The notes under the pieces were generated by a model. It did no database searches. It was given only the letters and a program-made list of their open reading frames with translations, and had not been told where the DNA came from. Positions 39,117-58,484 of a DNA stretch of 64,000 nucleotides are shown in pieces. Position numbers and translations under genes: made by a program. The stretch comes from the human T2T-CHM13v2.0 reference genome, Homo sapiens: the NCBI RefSeq assembly GCF_009914755.1, contig NC_060948.1. One strand, written 5' to 3'. Within the stretch, counting starts at the first letter, position 1. Each line of letters starts with the position of its first letter.

Positions 39117-41224
39117 AGATCCATACTTTTTAAATGAAAAAAAAATTTCAAAGGCACTCTGCTTGGTACAATAATCAAATGTATAAACTGAGGAATAAAA
39201 CATAACCATGAAACCTACTTATAACTGCATATGGAAAATACAGAGGATAATTTTTTAAATAACATATTTTGAAAGCCTTAACTAGTAATTTGAAGAGTTG
39301 GCATTTGAAAGGCCAGTATGAATATACCTTCAAAGCAGCAACACAGGTTCCCCATGAGAAAAAGCAAACTCAGGGAAAATAAAAACACAAAGGTTCAATC
39401 TCTTCTGACCTTTGAAAGACACAGCACAGACAGTGGTCCTTAGGACGAAGAGCAGGAGACCCCTAATTCCGTCACCATGGCGATAGGGCATAAACATTGC
39501 TGGGTGAGGGCACAATCCACATTGTGAGGTCCAACTGCTGCCAGGAAGACAGGCGTGCTTTTACATAGACCGAAAGGTCATTGAAGGCTCAGAGTTTTGT
39601 TTCAAGAACTGAATCCCAAGCCCACACGTTATTAGGCTGCGCTTCTTAAAACAAGTTATGAGATGGGAAAAAGGGCACCCACAAACATACGTATACATTA
39701 TGTATATAATAATATACAGTGTCATATATATAATATACATAACCTATGTATAATATTGTTTTACATCCTGCATCTTATGTTATATATATTGTATAAAATA
39801 TAATTATTGATAATATATAAGTTTTATAATTATGCTACATGACATATAGTATATATTATAATTTATGACATATATAATATATGTTATATATCATATATAG
39901 AATATATTATACGGTTAATATACGTATTAAATATAAATTATACATTATATATATTATATATAATATATCTGTTATATATAATACCCATTATGCATAATAT
40001 ATATATTATGTCTATGTTATATATAGTATAAAACAACATATAATAATATATAATTGTATATATAAAATGCGACATATAATATATATTATATTTTATAACA
40101 TATGTAATATATATTATATATTATATATAATACGTTGTATGTATAATACCTATATTAAATATATATTATATGACTATGTTATTAATTACATGTCACATGT
40201 GTTATATATTATATATTTTACATAGAATATACCGGTTACATACAATATATACTATGTTACCTATAATGTATAATTTATTACATGTAAAATAAAGAATGCA
40301 ATATATTATGTATAATTTATAATATACAATATGTGGAATGTGATATATATAACATATAATATATGATATATGATATACAGTATATGATATATAACATACA
40401 ATATATGATTCCTAATATATATGGTATACAATATATATTTTATGATATGTATTCTATATGTTTTATATTCTGTTATATATAACTATTTGAAATTATATAT
40501 AACTGTATAATATTTTATGTAAATATGTAATGTAATATATATAACTATATAATATATTATATATAACTATATATTATGTTATATATACTTTTATAACATA
40601 ATTTACATAAAATATCATAATATAATATATATTATATTATTTCATATTACATAATATATATTTCATATCACCCAATATAACTAACATACATAATATTATA
40701 ATATAGATTATATTATGTTATATTAAATATCATATATATCATGTATCATATATTCTATAATATATATTACACATTATATAATATGTATGTTGTCTATTAT
40801 GTGATATATATAACTATATATATAATTATATTTTTATACATATAACTAGATAAACATGTAATTCTACATATTTTCATTTATAATATGTAGAATTATATAA
40901 TCATATATAATTATTTATATTCTATAAAAAATTTTATCATTATATAAATTATAATATATAAAAATTATAATATGTACTACAAATATATATATATTATATA
41001 TCATATATGATATAGTACCTTTGTTATATATCATAATACATATAAATGTGTATTATGTTATCTATAATTATATAATTTCATATATAAGATGTATAATATG
41101 TATCATATATTATATATGTTATGTAATATATATAGTATATATAAGATGACACAGGATAAATATTATATACTATGACATATAAAATATATGAGGTTATATG
41201 TTACATATAAGGCATAGCACATAA

Positions 41225-41539
<315 letters not shown>

Positions 41540-43646
41540 AGATCCATACTTTTTAAATGAAAAAAAATTTCAAAGGTACTCTGCTTGGTACAATAATCAA
41601 ATGTATAAACTGAGGAATAAAACATAACCATGAAACGTACTTATAACTGCATATGGAAAATACAGAGGATAATTTTTTAAATAACATATTTTGAAAGCCT
41701 TAACTAGTAATTTGAAGAGTTGGCATTTGAAAGGCCAGTATGAATATACCTTCAAAGCAGCAACACAGGTTCCCCATGAGAAAAAGCAAACTCAGGGAAA
41801 CTAAAAACACAAAGGTTGAATCTCTTCTGACCTTTGAAAGACACAGCACAGACAGTGGTCCTTAGGACGAAGAGCAGGAGACCCCTAATTCCGTCACCAT
41901 GGCGATAGGGCATAAACATTGCTGGGTGAGGGCACAATCCACATTGTGAGGTCCAACTGCTGCCAGGAAGACAGGCGTGCTTTTACATAGACCGAAAGGT
42001 CATTGAAGGCTCAGAGTTTTGTTTCAAGAACTGAATCCCAAGCCCACACGTTATTAGGCTGCGCTTCTTAAAACAAGTTATGAGATGGGAAAAAGGGCAC
42101 CCACAAACATACGTATACATTATGTATATAATAATATACAGTGTCATATATATAATATATATAACCTATGTATAATATTGTTTTACATCCTGCATCTTAT
42201 GTTATATATATTGTATAAAATATAATTATTGATAATATATAAGTTTTATAATTATGCTACATGACATATAGTATATATTATAATTTATGACATATATAAT
42301 ATATGTTATATATCATATATAGAATATATTATACGGTTAATATACGTATTAAATATAAATTATACATTATATATATTATATATAATATATCTGTTATATA
42401 TAATACCCATTATGCATAATATATATATTATGTCTATGTTATATATAGTATAAAACAACATATAATAATATATAATTGTATATATAAAATGCGACATATA
42501 ATATATATTATATTTTATAACATATGTAATATATATTATATATTATATATAATACGTTGTATGTATAATACCTATATTAAATATATATTATATGACTATG
42601 TTATTAATTACATGTCACATGTGTTATATATTATATATTTTACATAGAATATACCGGTTACATACAATATATACTATGTTACCTATAATGTATAATTTAT
42701 TACATGTAAAATAAAGAATGCAATATATTATGTATAATTTATAATATACAATATGTGGAATGTGATATATATAACATATAATATATGATATATGATATAC
42801 AGTATATGATATATAACATACAATATATGATTCCTAATATATATGGTATACAATATATATTTTATGATATGTATTCTCTATGTTTTATATTCTGTTATAT
42901 ATAACTATTTGAAATTATATATAACTGTATAATATTTTATGTAAATATGTAATGTAATATATATAACTATATAATATATTATATATAACTATATATTATG
43001 TTATATATACTTTTATAACATAATTTACATAAAATATCATAATATAATATATATTATATTATTTCATATTACATAATTTATATTTCATATCACCCAATAT
43101 AACTAACATACATAATATTATAATATAGATTATATTATGTTATATTAAATATCATATATATCATGTATCATATATTCTATAATATATATTACACATTATA
43201 TAATATGTATGTTGTCTATTATGTGATATATATAACTATATATATAATTATATTTTTATACATATAACTAGATAAACATGTAATTCTACATATTTTCATT
43301 TATAATATATAGAATTATATAATCATATATAATTATTTATATTCTATAAAAAATTTTATCATTATATAATTTATAATATATAAAAATTATAATATGTACT
43401 ACAAATATATATATATTATATATCATATATGATATAGTACCTTTGTTATATATCATAATACATATAAATGTGTATTATGTTATCTATAATTATATAATTT
43501 CATATATGAGATGTATAATATGTATCATATATTATATATGTTATGTAATATATATAGTATATATAAGATGACACAGGATAAATATTATATACTATGACAT
43601 ATAAAATATATGAGGTTATATGTTACATATAAGGCATAGCACATAA

Positions 43647-43961
<315 letters not shown>

Positions 43962-46088
43962 AGATCCATACTTTTTAAATGAAAAAAAATTTCAAAGGTA
44001 CTCTGCTTGGTACAATAATCAAATGTATAAACTGAGGAATAAAACATAACCATGAAACCTACTTATAACTGCATATGGAAAATACAGAGGATAATTTTTT
44101 AAATAACGTATTATGAAAGCCTTAACTAGTAATTTGAAGAGTTGGCATTTGAAAGGCCAGTATGAATATACCTTCAAAGCAGCAACACAGGTTCCCCATG
44201 AGAAAAAGCAAACTCAGGGAAAATAAAAACACAAAGGTTCAATCTCTTCTGACCTTTGAAAGACACAGCACAGACAGTGGTCCTTAGGACGAAGAGCAGG
44301 AGACCCCTAATTCCGTCACCATGGCGATAGGGCATAAACATTGCTGGGTGAGGGCACAATCCACATTGTGAGGTCCAACTGCTGCCAGGAAGACAGGAGT
44401 GCTTTTACATAGACCGAAAGGTCATTGAAGGCTCAGAGTTTTGTTTCAAGAACTGAATCCCAAGCCCACACGTTATTAGGCTGCGCTTCTTAAAACAAGT
44501 TATGAGATGGGAAAAAGGGCACCCACAAACATACGTATACATTATGTATATAATAATATACAGTATCATATATATAATATATATAACCTATGTATAATAT
44601 TGTTTTACATCCTGCATCTTATGTTATATATATTGTATAAAATATAATAATTGATAATATATAAGTTTTATAATTATACAATATGACATATATTATATAT
44701 TATAATTTATGACATATATAATATATGTTATATATCATATATAGAATATATTATACGGTTAATATACGTATTAAATATAAATTATACATTATATATATTA
44801 TATATAATATATCTGTTATATATAATACCCATTATGCATAATATATATATTATGTCTATGTTATATATAGTATAAAACAACATATAATAATATATAATTG
44901 TATATATAAAATGCGACATATAATATATATTATATTTTATAACATATGTAATATATATTATATATTATATATAATACGTTGTATGTATAATACCTATATT
45001 AAATATATATTATATGACTATGTTATTAATTACATGTCACATGTGTTATATATTATATATTTTACATAGAATATACCGGTTACATACAATATATACTATG
45101 TTACCTATAATGTATAATTTATTACATGTAAAATAAAGAATGCAATATATTATGTAAAATTTATAACATACAATATGTGGAATGTGATATATATAACATA
45201 TAATATATGATATATGATATACAGTATATGATATATAACATACAATATATGATTCCTAATATATATGGTATACAATATATATTTTATGATATGTATTCTC
45301 TATGTTTTATATTCTGTTATATATAACTATTTGAAATTATATATAACTGTATAATATTTTATTTAAATATGTAATATAATATATATAACTATATAATATA
45401 TTATATATAACTATATATTATGTTATATATACTTTTATAACATAATTTACATAAAATATCATAATATAATACATATTATATTATTTCATATTACATAATA
45501 TATATTACATATCACCCAATATAACTAACATACATAATATTATAATATAGATTATATTGTGTAATATTAAATATCATATATATCATGTATCATATATTCT
45601 ATAATATATATTACACATTATATAATATGTATGTTGTCTATTATGTGATATATATAACTATATATATAATTATATTTTTTACATATAACTAGATAAACAT
45701 GTAATTCTACATATTTTCATTTATAATATGTAGAATTATATAATCATATATAATTATTTATATTGTATAAAAAATTTTATCATTATATAAATTATAATAT
45801 ATAAAAATTATAATATGTAATACAAATATATATATTATATATCATATATGATATAGTACCTTTGTTATATATCATAATACATATAAATGTGTATTATGTT
45901 ATCTATAATTATATAATTTCATATATAAGATGTATAATATGTATCATATATTATATATGTTATGTAATATATATAGTATATATAAGATGACACAGGATAA
46001 ATATTATATACTATGACATATAAAATATATGAGGTTATATGTTACATATAAGGCACAGCATATATCATGTAATATATATCATATATAA

Positions 46089-46380
46089 TTTTTTTCTAGA
46101 CAGAATCTTGTCCTGTTGCACTGGGTGGGGTACAATGGCGCCATCTTTGCTCACTGCAACTTCTGCCTCACGGGTCCAAGCGATTGTCCTCCCTCAGCCT
46201 CCCAGGTAGCTGGGACTACACCACACTGGGACTACACCAGCTGCCACCATGCCTAGCTAATTTTTTGGATTTTTAGTAGTGACAGCGTTTCACTGTATTG
46301 GCCAGGATGGTCTTGATCTCTTCACCTTGTGATCCCCTTGCCTTGGCCTCCAAATTTGCTGGGATTACAGGCCTGAGCCA
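46089..46380 (-). mobile_element. Alu, unit 20
   Basis: Copy with tttctaga and gcactggg variants. Confidence 0.92.
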
Positions 46381-48508
46381 AGATCCATATTTTTTAAATG
46401 AAAAAAAATTTCAAAGGTACTCTGCTTGGTACAATAATCAAATGTATAAACTGAGGAATAAAACAACCATGAAACCTACTTATAACTGCATATGGAAAAT
46501 ACAGAGGATAATTTTTTAAATAACATATTTTGAAAGCCTTAACTAGTAATTTGAAGAGTTGGCATTTGAAAGGCCAGTATGAATATACCTTCAAAGCAGC
46601 AACACAGGTTCCCCATGAGAAAAAGCAAACTCAGGGAAAATAAAAACACAAAGGTTCAATCTCTTCTGACCTTTGAAAGACACAGCACAGACAGTGGTCC
46701 TTAGGACGAAGAGCAGGAGACCCCTAATTCCGTCACCATGGCGATAGGGCATAAACATTGCTGGGTGAGCGCACAATCCACATTGTGAGGTCCAACTGCT
46801 GCCAGGAAGACAGGCGTGCTTTTACATAGACCGAAAGGTCATTGAAGGCTCAGAGTTTTGTTTCAAGAACTGAATCCCAAGCCCACACGTTATTAGGCTG
46901 CGCTTCTTAAAACAAGTTATGAGATGGGAAAAAGGGCACCCACAAACATACGTATACATTATGTATATAATAATATACAGTGTCATATATATAATATATA
47001 TAACCTATGTATAATATTGTTTTACATCCTGCATCTTATGTTATATATATTGTATAAAATATAATTATTGATAATATATAAGTTTTATAATTATGCTACA
47101 TGACATATAGTATATATTATAATTTATGACATATATAATATATGTTATATATCATATATAGAATATATTATACGGTTAATATACGTATTAAATATAAATT
47201 ATACATTATATATATTATATATAATATATCTGTTATATATAATACCCATTATGCATAATATATATATTATGTCTATGTTATATATAGTATAAAAAAACAT
47301 ATAATAATATATAATTGTATATATAAAATGCGACATATAATATATATTATATTTTATAACATATGTAATATATATTATATATTATATATAATACGTTGTA
47401 TGTATAATACCTATATTAAATATATATTATATGACTATGTTATTAATTACATGTCACATGTGTTATATATTATATATTTTACATAGAATATACCGGTTAC
47501 ATACAATATATACTATGTTACCTATAATGTATAATTTATTACATGTAAAATAAAGAATGCAATATACTATGTATAATTTATAATATACAATATGTGGAAT
47601 GTGATATATATAACATATAATATATGATATATGATATACAGTATATGATATATAACATACAATATATGATTCCTAATATATATGGTATACAATATATATT
47701 TTATGATATGTATTCTATATGTTTTATATTCTGTTATATATAACTATTTGAAATTATATATAACTGTATAATATTTTATGTAAATATGTAATGTAATATA
47801 TATAACTATATAATATATTATATATAACTATATATTATGTTATATATACTTTTATAACATAATTTACATAAAATATCATAATATAATATATATTATATTA
47901 TTTCATATTACATAATATATATTTCATATCACCCAATATAACTAACATACATAATATTATAATATAGATTATATTATGTTATATTAAATATCATATATAT
48001 CATGTATCATATATTCTATAATATATATTACACATTATATAATATGTATGTTGTCTATTATGTGATATATATAACTATATATATAATTATATTTTTATAC
48101 ATATAACTAGATAAACATGTAATTCTACATATTTTCATTTATAATATGTAGAATTATATAATCATATATAATTATTTATATTCTATAAAAAATTTTATCA
48201 TTATATAAATTATAATATATAAAAATTATAATATGTACTACAAATATATATATATTATATATCATATATGATATAGTACCTTTGTTATATATCATAATAC
48301 ATATAAATGTGTATTATGTTATCTATAATTATATAATTTCATATATAAGATGTATAATATGTATCATATATTATATATGTTATGTAATATATATAGTATA
48401 TATAAGATGACACAGGATAAATATTATATACTATGACATATAAAATATATGAGGTTATATGTTACATATAAGGCACAGCATATATCATGTAATATATATC
48501 ATATATAA

Positions 48509-48800
48509 TTTTTTTTTAGACAGAATCTTGTCCTGTTGCACTGGGTGGGGTACAATGGCGCCATCTTTGCTCACTGCAACTTCTGCCTCACGGGTCCAAG
48601 CGATTGTCCTCCCTCAGCCTCCCAGGTAGCTGGGACTACACCACACTGGGACTACACCAGCTGCCACCATGCCTAGCTAATTTTTTGGATTTTTAGTAGT
48701 GACAGCGTTTCACTGTATTGGCCAGGATGGTCTTGATCTCTTCACCTTGTGATCCCCTTGCCTTGGCCTCCAAATTTGCTGGGATTACAGGCCTGAGCCA
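48509..48800 (-). mobile_element. Alu, unit 21
   Basis: Copy with gcactggg variant. Confidence 0.92.
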
Positions 48801-50905
48801 AGATCCATATTTTTTAAATGAAAAAAAATTTCAAAGGTACTCTGCTTGGTACAATAATCAAATGTATAAACTGAGGAATAAAACAACCATGAAACCTACT
48901 TATAACTGCATATGGAAAATACAGAGGATAATTTTTTAAATAACATATTTTGAAAGCCTTAACTAGTAATTTGAAGAGTTGGCATTTGAAAGGCCAGTAT
49001 GAATATACCTTCAAAGCAGCAACACAGGTTCCCCATGAGAAAAAGCAAACTCAGGGAAAATAAAAACACAAAGGTTCAATCTCTTCTGACCTTTGAAAGA
49101 CACAGCACAGACAGTGGTCCTTAGGACGAAGAGCAGGAGACCCCTAATTCCGTCACCATGGCGATAGGGCATAAACATTGCTGGGTGAGCGCACAATCCA
49201 CATTGTGAGGTCCAACTGCTGCCAGGAAGACAGGCGTGCTTTTACATAGACCGAAAGGTCATTGAAGGCTCAGAGTTTTGTTTCAAGAACTGAATCCCAA
49301 GCCCACACGTTATTAGGCTGCGCTTCTTAAAACAAGTTATGAGATGGGAAAAAGGGCACCCACAAACATACGTATACATTATGTATATAATAATATACAG
49401 TGTCATATATATAATATATATAACCTATGTATAATATTGTTTTACATCCTGCATCTTATGTTATATATATTGTATAAAATATAATTATTGATAATATATA
49501 AGTTTTATAATTATGCTACATGACATATAGTATATATTATAATTTATGACATATATAATATATGTTATATATCATATATAGAATATATTATACGGTTAAT
49601 ATACGTATTAAATATAAATTATACATTATATATATTATATATAATATATCTGTTATATATAATACCCATTATGCATAATATATATATTATGTCTATGTTA
49701 TATATAGTATAAAAAAACATATAATAATATATAATTGTATATATAAAATGCGACATATAATATATATTATATTTTATAACATATGTAATATATATTATAT
49801 ATTATATATAATACGTTGTATGTATAATACCTATATTAAATATATATTATATGACTATGTTATTAATTACATGTCACATGTGTTATATATTATATATTTT
49901 ACATAGAATATACCGGTTACATACAATATATACTATGTTACCTATAATGTATAATTTATTACATGTAAAATAAAGAATGCAATATACTATGTATAATTTA
50001 TAATATACAATATGTGGAATGTGATATATATAACATATAATATATGATATATGATATACAGTATATGATATATAACATACAATATATGATTCCTAATATA
50101 TATGGTATACAATATATATTTTATGATATGTATTCTATATGTTTTATATTCTGTTATATATAACTATTTGAAATTATATATAACTGTATAATATTTTATG
50201 TAAATATGTAATGTAATATATATAACTATATAATATATTATATATAACTATATATTATGTTATATATACTTTTATAACATAATTTACATAAAATATCATA
50301 ATATAATATATATTATATTATTTCATATTACATAATATATATTTCATATCACCCAATATAACTAACATACATAATATTATAATATAGATTATATTATGTT
50401 ATATTAAATATCATATATATCATGTATCATATATTCTATAATATATATTACACATTATATAATATGTATGTTGTCTATTATGTGATATATATAACTATAT
50501 ATATAATTATATTTTTATACATATAACTAGATAAACATGTAATTCTACATATTTTCATTTATAATATGTAGAATTATATAATCATATATAATTATTTATA
50601 TTCTATAAAAAATTTTATCATTATATAAATTATAATATATAAAAATTATAATATGTACTACAAATATATATATATTATATATCATATATGATATAGTACC
50701 TTTGTTATATATCATAATACATATAAATGTGTATTATGTTATCTATAATTATATAATTTCATATATAAGATGTATAATATGTATCATATATTATATATGT
50801 TATGTAATATATATAGTATATATAAGATGACACAGGATAAATATTATATACTATGACATATAAAATATATGAGGTTATATGTTACATATAAGGCATAGCA
50901 CATAA

Positions 50906-51220
<315 letters not shown>

Positions 51221-53327
51221 AGATCCATACTTTTTAAATGAAAAAAAATTTCAAAGGTACTCTGCTTGGTACAATAATCAAATGTATAAACTGAGGAATA
51301 AAACATAACCATGAAACCTACTTATAACTGCATATGGAAAATACAGAGGATAATTTTTTAAATAACATATTTTGAAAGCCTTAACTAGTAATTTGAAGAG
51401 TTGGCATTTGAAAGGCCAGTATGAATATACCTTCAAAGCAGCAACACAGGTTCCCCATGAGAAAAAGCAAACTCAGGGAAAATAAAAACACAAAGGTTCA
51501 ATCTCTTCTGACCTTTGAAAGACACAGCACAGACAGTGGTCCTTAGGACGAAGAGCAGGAGACCCCTAATTCCGTCACCATGGCGATAGGGCATAAACAT
51601 TGCTGGGTGAGGGCACAATCCACATTGTGAGGTCCAACTGCTGCCAGGAAGACAGGCGTGCTTTTACATAGACCGAAAGGTCATTGAAGGCTCAGAGTTT
51701 TGTTTCAAGAACTGAATCCCAAGCCCACACGTTATTAGGCTGCGCTTCTTAAAACAAGTTATGAGATGGGAAAAAGGGCACCCACAAACATACGTATACA
51801 TTATGTATATAATAATATACAGTGTCATATATATAATATATATAACCTATGTATAATATTGTTTTACATCCTGCATCTTATGTTATATATATTGTATAAA
51901 ATATAATTATTGATAATATATAAGTTTTATAATTATGCTACATGACATATAGTATATATTATAATTTATGACATATATAATATATGTTATATATCATATA
52001 GAGAATATATTATACGGTTAATATACGTATTAAATATAAATTATACATTATATATATTATATATAATATATCTGTTATATATAATACCCATTATGCATAA
52101 TATATATATTATGTCTATGTTATATATAGTATAAAACAACATATAATAATATATAATTGTATATATAAAATGCGACATATAATATATATTATATTTTATA
52201 ACATATGTAATATATATTATATATTATATATAATACGTTGTATGTATAATACCTATATTAAATATATATTATATGACTATGTTATTAATTACATGTCACA
52301 TGTGTTATATATTATATATTTTACATAGAATATACCGGTTACATACAATATATACTATGTTACCTATAATGTATAATTTATTACATGTAAAATAAAGAAT
52401 GCAATATATTATGTATAATTTATAATATACAATATGTGGAATGTGATATATATAACATATAATATATGATATATGATATACAGTATATGATATATAACAT
52501 ACAATATATGATTCCTAATATATATGGTATACAATATATATTTTATGATATGTATCCTATATGTTTTATATTCTGTTATATATAACTATTTGAAATTATA
52601 TATAACTGTATAATATTTTATGTAAATATGTAATGTAATATATATAACTATATAATATATTATATATAACTATATATTATGTTATATATACTTTTATAAC
52701 ATAATTTACATAAAATATCATAATATAATATATATTATATTATTTCATATTACATAATATATATTTCATATCACCCAATATAACTAACATACATAATATT
52801 ATAATATAGATTATATTGTGTTATATTAAATATCATATATATCATGTATCATATATTCTATAATATATATTACACATTATATAATATGTATGTTGTCTAT
52901 TATGTGATATATATAACTATATATATAATTATATTTTTATACATATAACTAGATAAACATGTAATTCTACATATTTTCATTTATAATATGTAGAATTATA
53001 TAATCATATATAATTATTTATATTCTATAAAAAATTTTATCATTATATAAATTATAATATATAAAAATTATAATATGTACTACAAATATATATATATTAT
53101 ATATCATATATGATATAGTACCTTTGTTATATATCATAATACATATAAATGTGTATTATGTTACCTATAATTATATAATTTCATATATAAGATGTATAAT
53201 ATGTATCATATATTATATATGTTATGTAATATATATAGTATATATAAGATGACACAGGATAAATATTATATACTATGACATATAAAATATATGAGGTTAT
53301 ATGTTACATATAAGGCATAGCACATAA

Positions 53328-53642
<315 letters not shown>

Positions 53643-55749
53643 AGATCCATACTTTTTAAATGAAAAAAAATTTCAAAGGTACTCTGCTTGGTACAATAAT
53701 CAAATGTATAAACTGAGGAATAAAACATAACCATGAAACCTACTTATAACTGCATATGGAAAATACAGAGGATAATTTTTTAAATAACATATTTTGAAAG
53801 CCTTAACTAGTAATTTGAAGAGTTGGCATTTGAAAGGCCAGTATGAATATACCTTCAAAGCAGCAACACAGGTTCCCCATGAGAAAAAGCAAACTCAGGG
53901 AAAATAAAAACACAAAGGTTCAATCTCTTCTGACCTTTGAAAGACACAGCACAGACAGTGGTCCTTAGGACGAAGAGCAGGAGACCCCTAATTCCGTCAC
54001 CATGGCGATAGGGCATAAACATTTCTGGGTGAGGGCACAATCCACATTGTGAGGTCCAACTGCTGCCAGGAAGACAGGCGTGCTTTTACATAGACCGAAA
54101 GGTCATTGAAGGCTCAGAGTTTTGTTTCAAGAACTGAATCCCAAGCCCACACGTTATTAGGCTGCGCTTCTTAAACCAAGTTATGAGATGGGAAAAAGGG
54201 CACCCACAAACATACGTATACATTAGGTATATAATAATATACAGTGTCATATATATAATATATATAACCTATGTATAATATTGTTTTACATCCTGCATCT
54301 TATGTTATATATATTGTATAAAATATAATTATTGATAATATATAAGTTTTATAATTATGCTACATGACATATAGTATATATTATAATTTATGTCATATAT
54401 AATATATGTTATATATCATATATAGAATATATTATACGGTTAATATACGTATTAAATATAAATTATACATTATATATATTATATATAATATATCTGTTAT
54501 ATATAATACCCATTATGCATAATATATATATTATGTCTATGTTATATATAGTATAAAACAACATATAATAATATATAATTGTATATATAAAATGCGACAT
54601 ATAATATATATTATATTTTATAACATATGTAATATATATTATATATTATATATAATACGTTGTATGTATAATACCTATATTAAATATATATTATATGACT
54701 ATGTTATTAATTACATGTCACATGTGTTATATATTATATATTTTACATAGAATGTACCGGTTACATACAATATATACTATGTTACCTATAATGTATAATT
54801 TATTACATGTAAAATAAAGAATGCAATATATTATGTATAATTTATAATATACAATATGTGGAATGTGATATATATAACATATAATATATGATATATGATA
54901 TACAGTATATGATATATAACATACAATATATGATTCCTAATATATATGGTGTACAATATATATTTTATGATATGTATTCTATATGTTTTATATTCTGTTA
55001 TATATAACTATTTGAAATTATATATAACTGTATAATATTTTATGTAAATATGTAATGTAATATATATAACTATATAATATATTATATATAACTATATATT
55101 ATGTTATATATACTTTTATAACATAATTTACATAAAATATCATAATATAATATATATTATATTATTTCATATTACATAATATATATTTCATATCACCCAA
55201 TATAACTAACATACATAATATTATAATATAGATTATATTATGTTATATTAAATATCATATATATCATGTATCATATATTCTATAATATATATTACACATT
55301 ATATAATATGTATGTTGTCTATTATGTGATATATATAACTATATATATAATTATATTTTTATACATATAACTAGATAAACATGTAATTCTACATATTTTC
55401 ATTTATAATATGTAGAATTATATTATCATATATAATTATTTATATTGTATAAAAAATTTTATCATTATATAAATTATAATATATAAAAATTATAATATGT
55501 ACTACAAATATATATATATTATATATCATATATGATATAGTACCTTTGTTATATATCATAATACATATAAATGTGTATTATGTTACCTATAATTATATAA
55601 TTTCATATATAAGATGTATAATATGTATCATATATTATATATGTTATGTAATATATATAGTATATATAAGATGACACAGGATAAATATTATATACTATGA
55701 CATATAAAATATATGAGGTTATATGTTACATATAAGGCATAGCACATAA

Positions 55750-56064
<315 letters not shown>

Positions 56065-58169
56065 AGATCCATACTTTTTAAATGAAAAAAAATTTCAAAG
56101 GTACTCTGCTTGGTACAATAATCAAATGTATAAACTGAGGAATAAAACATAACCATGAAACCTACTTATAACTGCATATGGAAAATACAGAGGATAATTT
56201 TTTAAATAACATATTTTGAAAGCCTTAACTAGTAGTTTGAAGAGTTGGCATTTGAAAGGCCAGTATGAATATACCTTCAAAGCAGCAACACAGGTTCCCC
56301 ATGAGAAAAAGCAAACTCAGGGAAAATAAAAACACAAAGGTTCAATCTCTTCTGACCTTTGAAAGACACAGCACAGACAGTGGTCCTTAGGACGAAGAGC
56401 AGGAGACCCCTAATTCCGTCACCATGGCGATAGGGCATAAACATTGCTGGGTGAGGGCACAATCCACATTGTGAGGTCCAACTGCTGCCAGGAAGACAGG
56501 AGTGCTTTTACATAGACCGAAAGGTCATTGAAGGCTCAGAGTTTTGTTTCAAGAACTGAATCCCAAGCCCACACGTTATTAGGCTGCGCTTCTTAAAACA
56601 AGTTATGAGATGGGAAAAAGGGCACCCACAAACATACGTATACATTAGGTATATAATAATATACAGTGTCATATATATAATATATATAATCTATGTATAA
56701 TATTGTTTTACATCCTGCATCTTATGTTATATATATTGCATAAAATATAATTATTGATAATATATAAGTTTTATAATTATACTATATGACATATAGTATA
56801 TATTATAATTTATGACATATATAATATATGTTATATGTCATATATAGAATATATTATACGGTTAATATACGTATTAAATATAAATTATACATTATATATA
56901 TTATATATAATATATCTGTTATATATAATACCCATTATGCATAATATATATATTATGTCTATGTTATATATAGTATAAAACAACATATAATAATATATAA
57001 TTGTATATATAAAATGCGACATATAATATATATTATATTTTATAACATATGTAATATATATTATATATTATATATAATACGTTGTATGTATAATACCTAT
57101 ATTAAATATATATTATATGACTATGTTATTAATTACATGTCACATGTGTTATATATTATATATTTTACATAGAATATACCGGTTACATACAATATATACT
57201 ATGTTACCTATAATGTATAATTTATTACATGTAAAATAAAGAATGCAATATATTATGTAAAATTTATAACATACAATATGTGGAATGTGATATATATAAC
57301 ATATAATATATGATATATGATATACAATATATGATATATAACATACAATATATGATTCCTAATACATATGGTATACAATATATATTTTATGATATGTATT
57401 CTCTATGTTTTATATTCTGTTATATATAACTATTTGAAATTATATATAACTGTATAATATTTTATTTAAATATGTAATATAATATATATAACTATATAAT
57501 ATATTATATATAACTATATATTATGTTATATATACTTTTATAACATAATTTACATAAAATATCATAATATAATATATATTATATTATTTCATATTACATA
57601 ATATATATTACATATCACCCAATATAACTAACATACATAATATTATAATATAGATTATATTGTGTTATATTAAATATCATATATATCATGTATCATATAT
57701 TCTATAATATATATTACACATTATATAATATGTATGTTGTCTATTATGTGATATATATAACTATATATATAATTATATTTTTATACATATAACTAGATAA
57801 ACATGTAATTCTACATATTTTCATTTATAATATGTAGAATTATATAATCATATATAATTATTTATATTCTATAAAAAATTTTATCATTATATAAATTATA
57901 ATATATAAAAATTATAATATGTACTACAAATATATATATTATATATCATATATGATATAGTACCTTTGTTATATATCATAATACATATGAATGTGTATTA
58001 TGTTATCTATAATTATATAATTTCATATATAAGATGTATAATATGTATCATATATTATATATGTTATGTAATATATATAGTATATATAAGATGACACAGG
58101 ATAAATATTATATACTATGACATATAAAATATATGAGGTTATATGTTACATATAAGGCATAGCACATAA

Positions 58170-58484
<315 letters not shown>

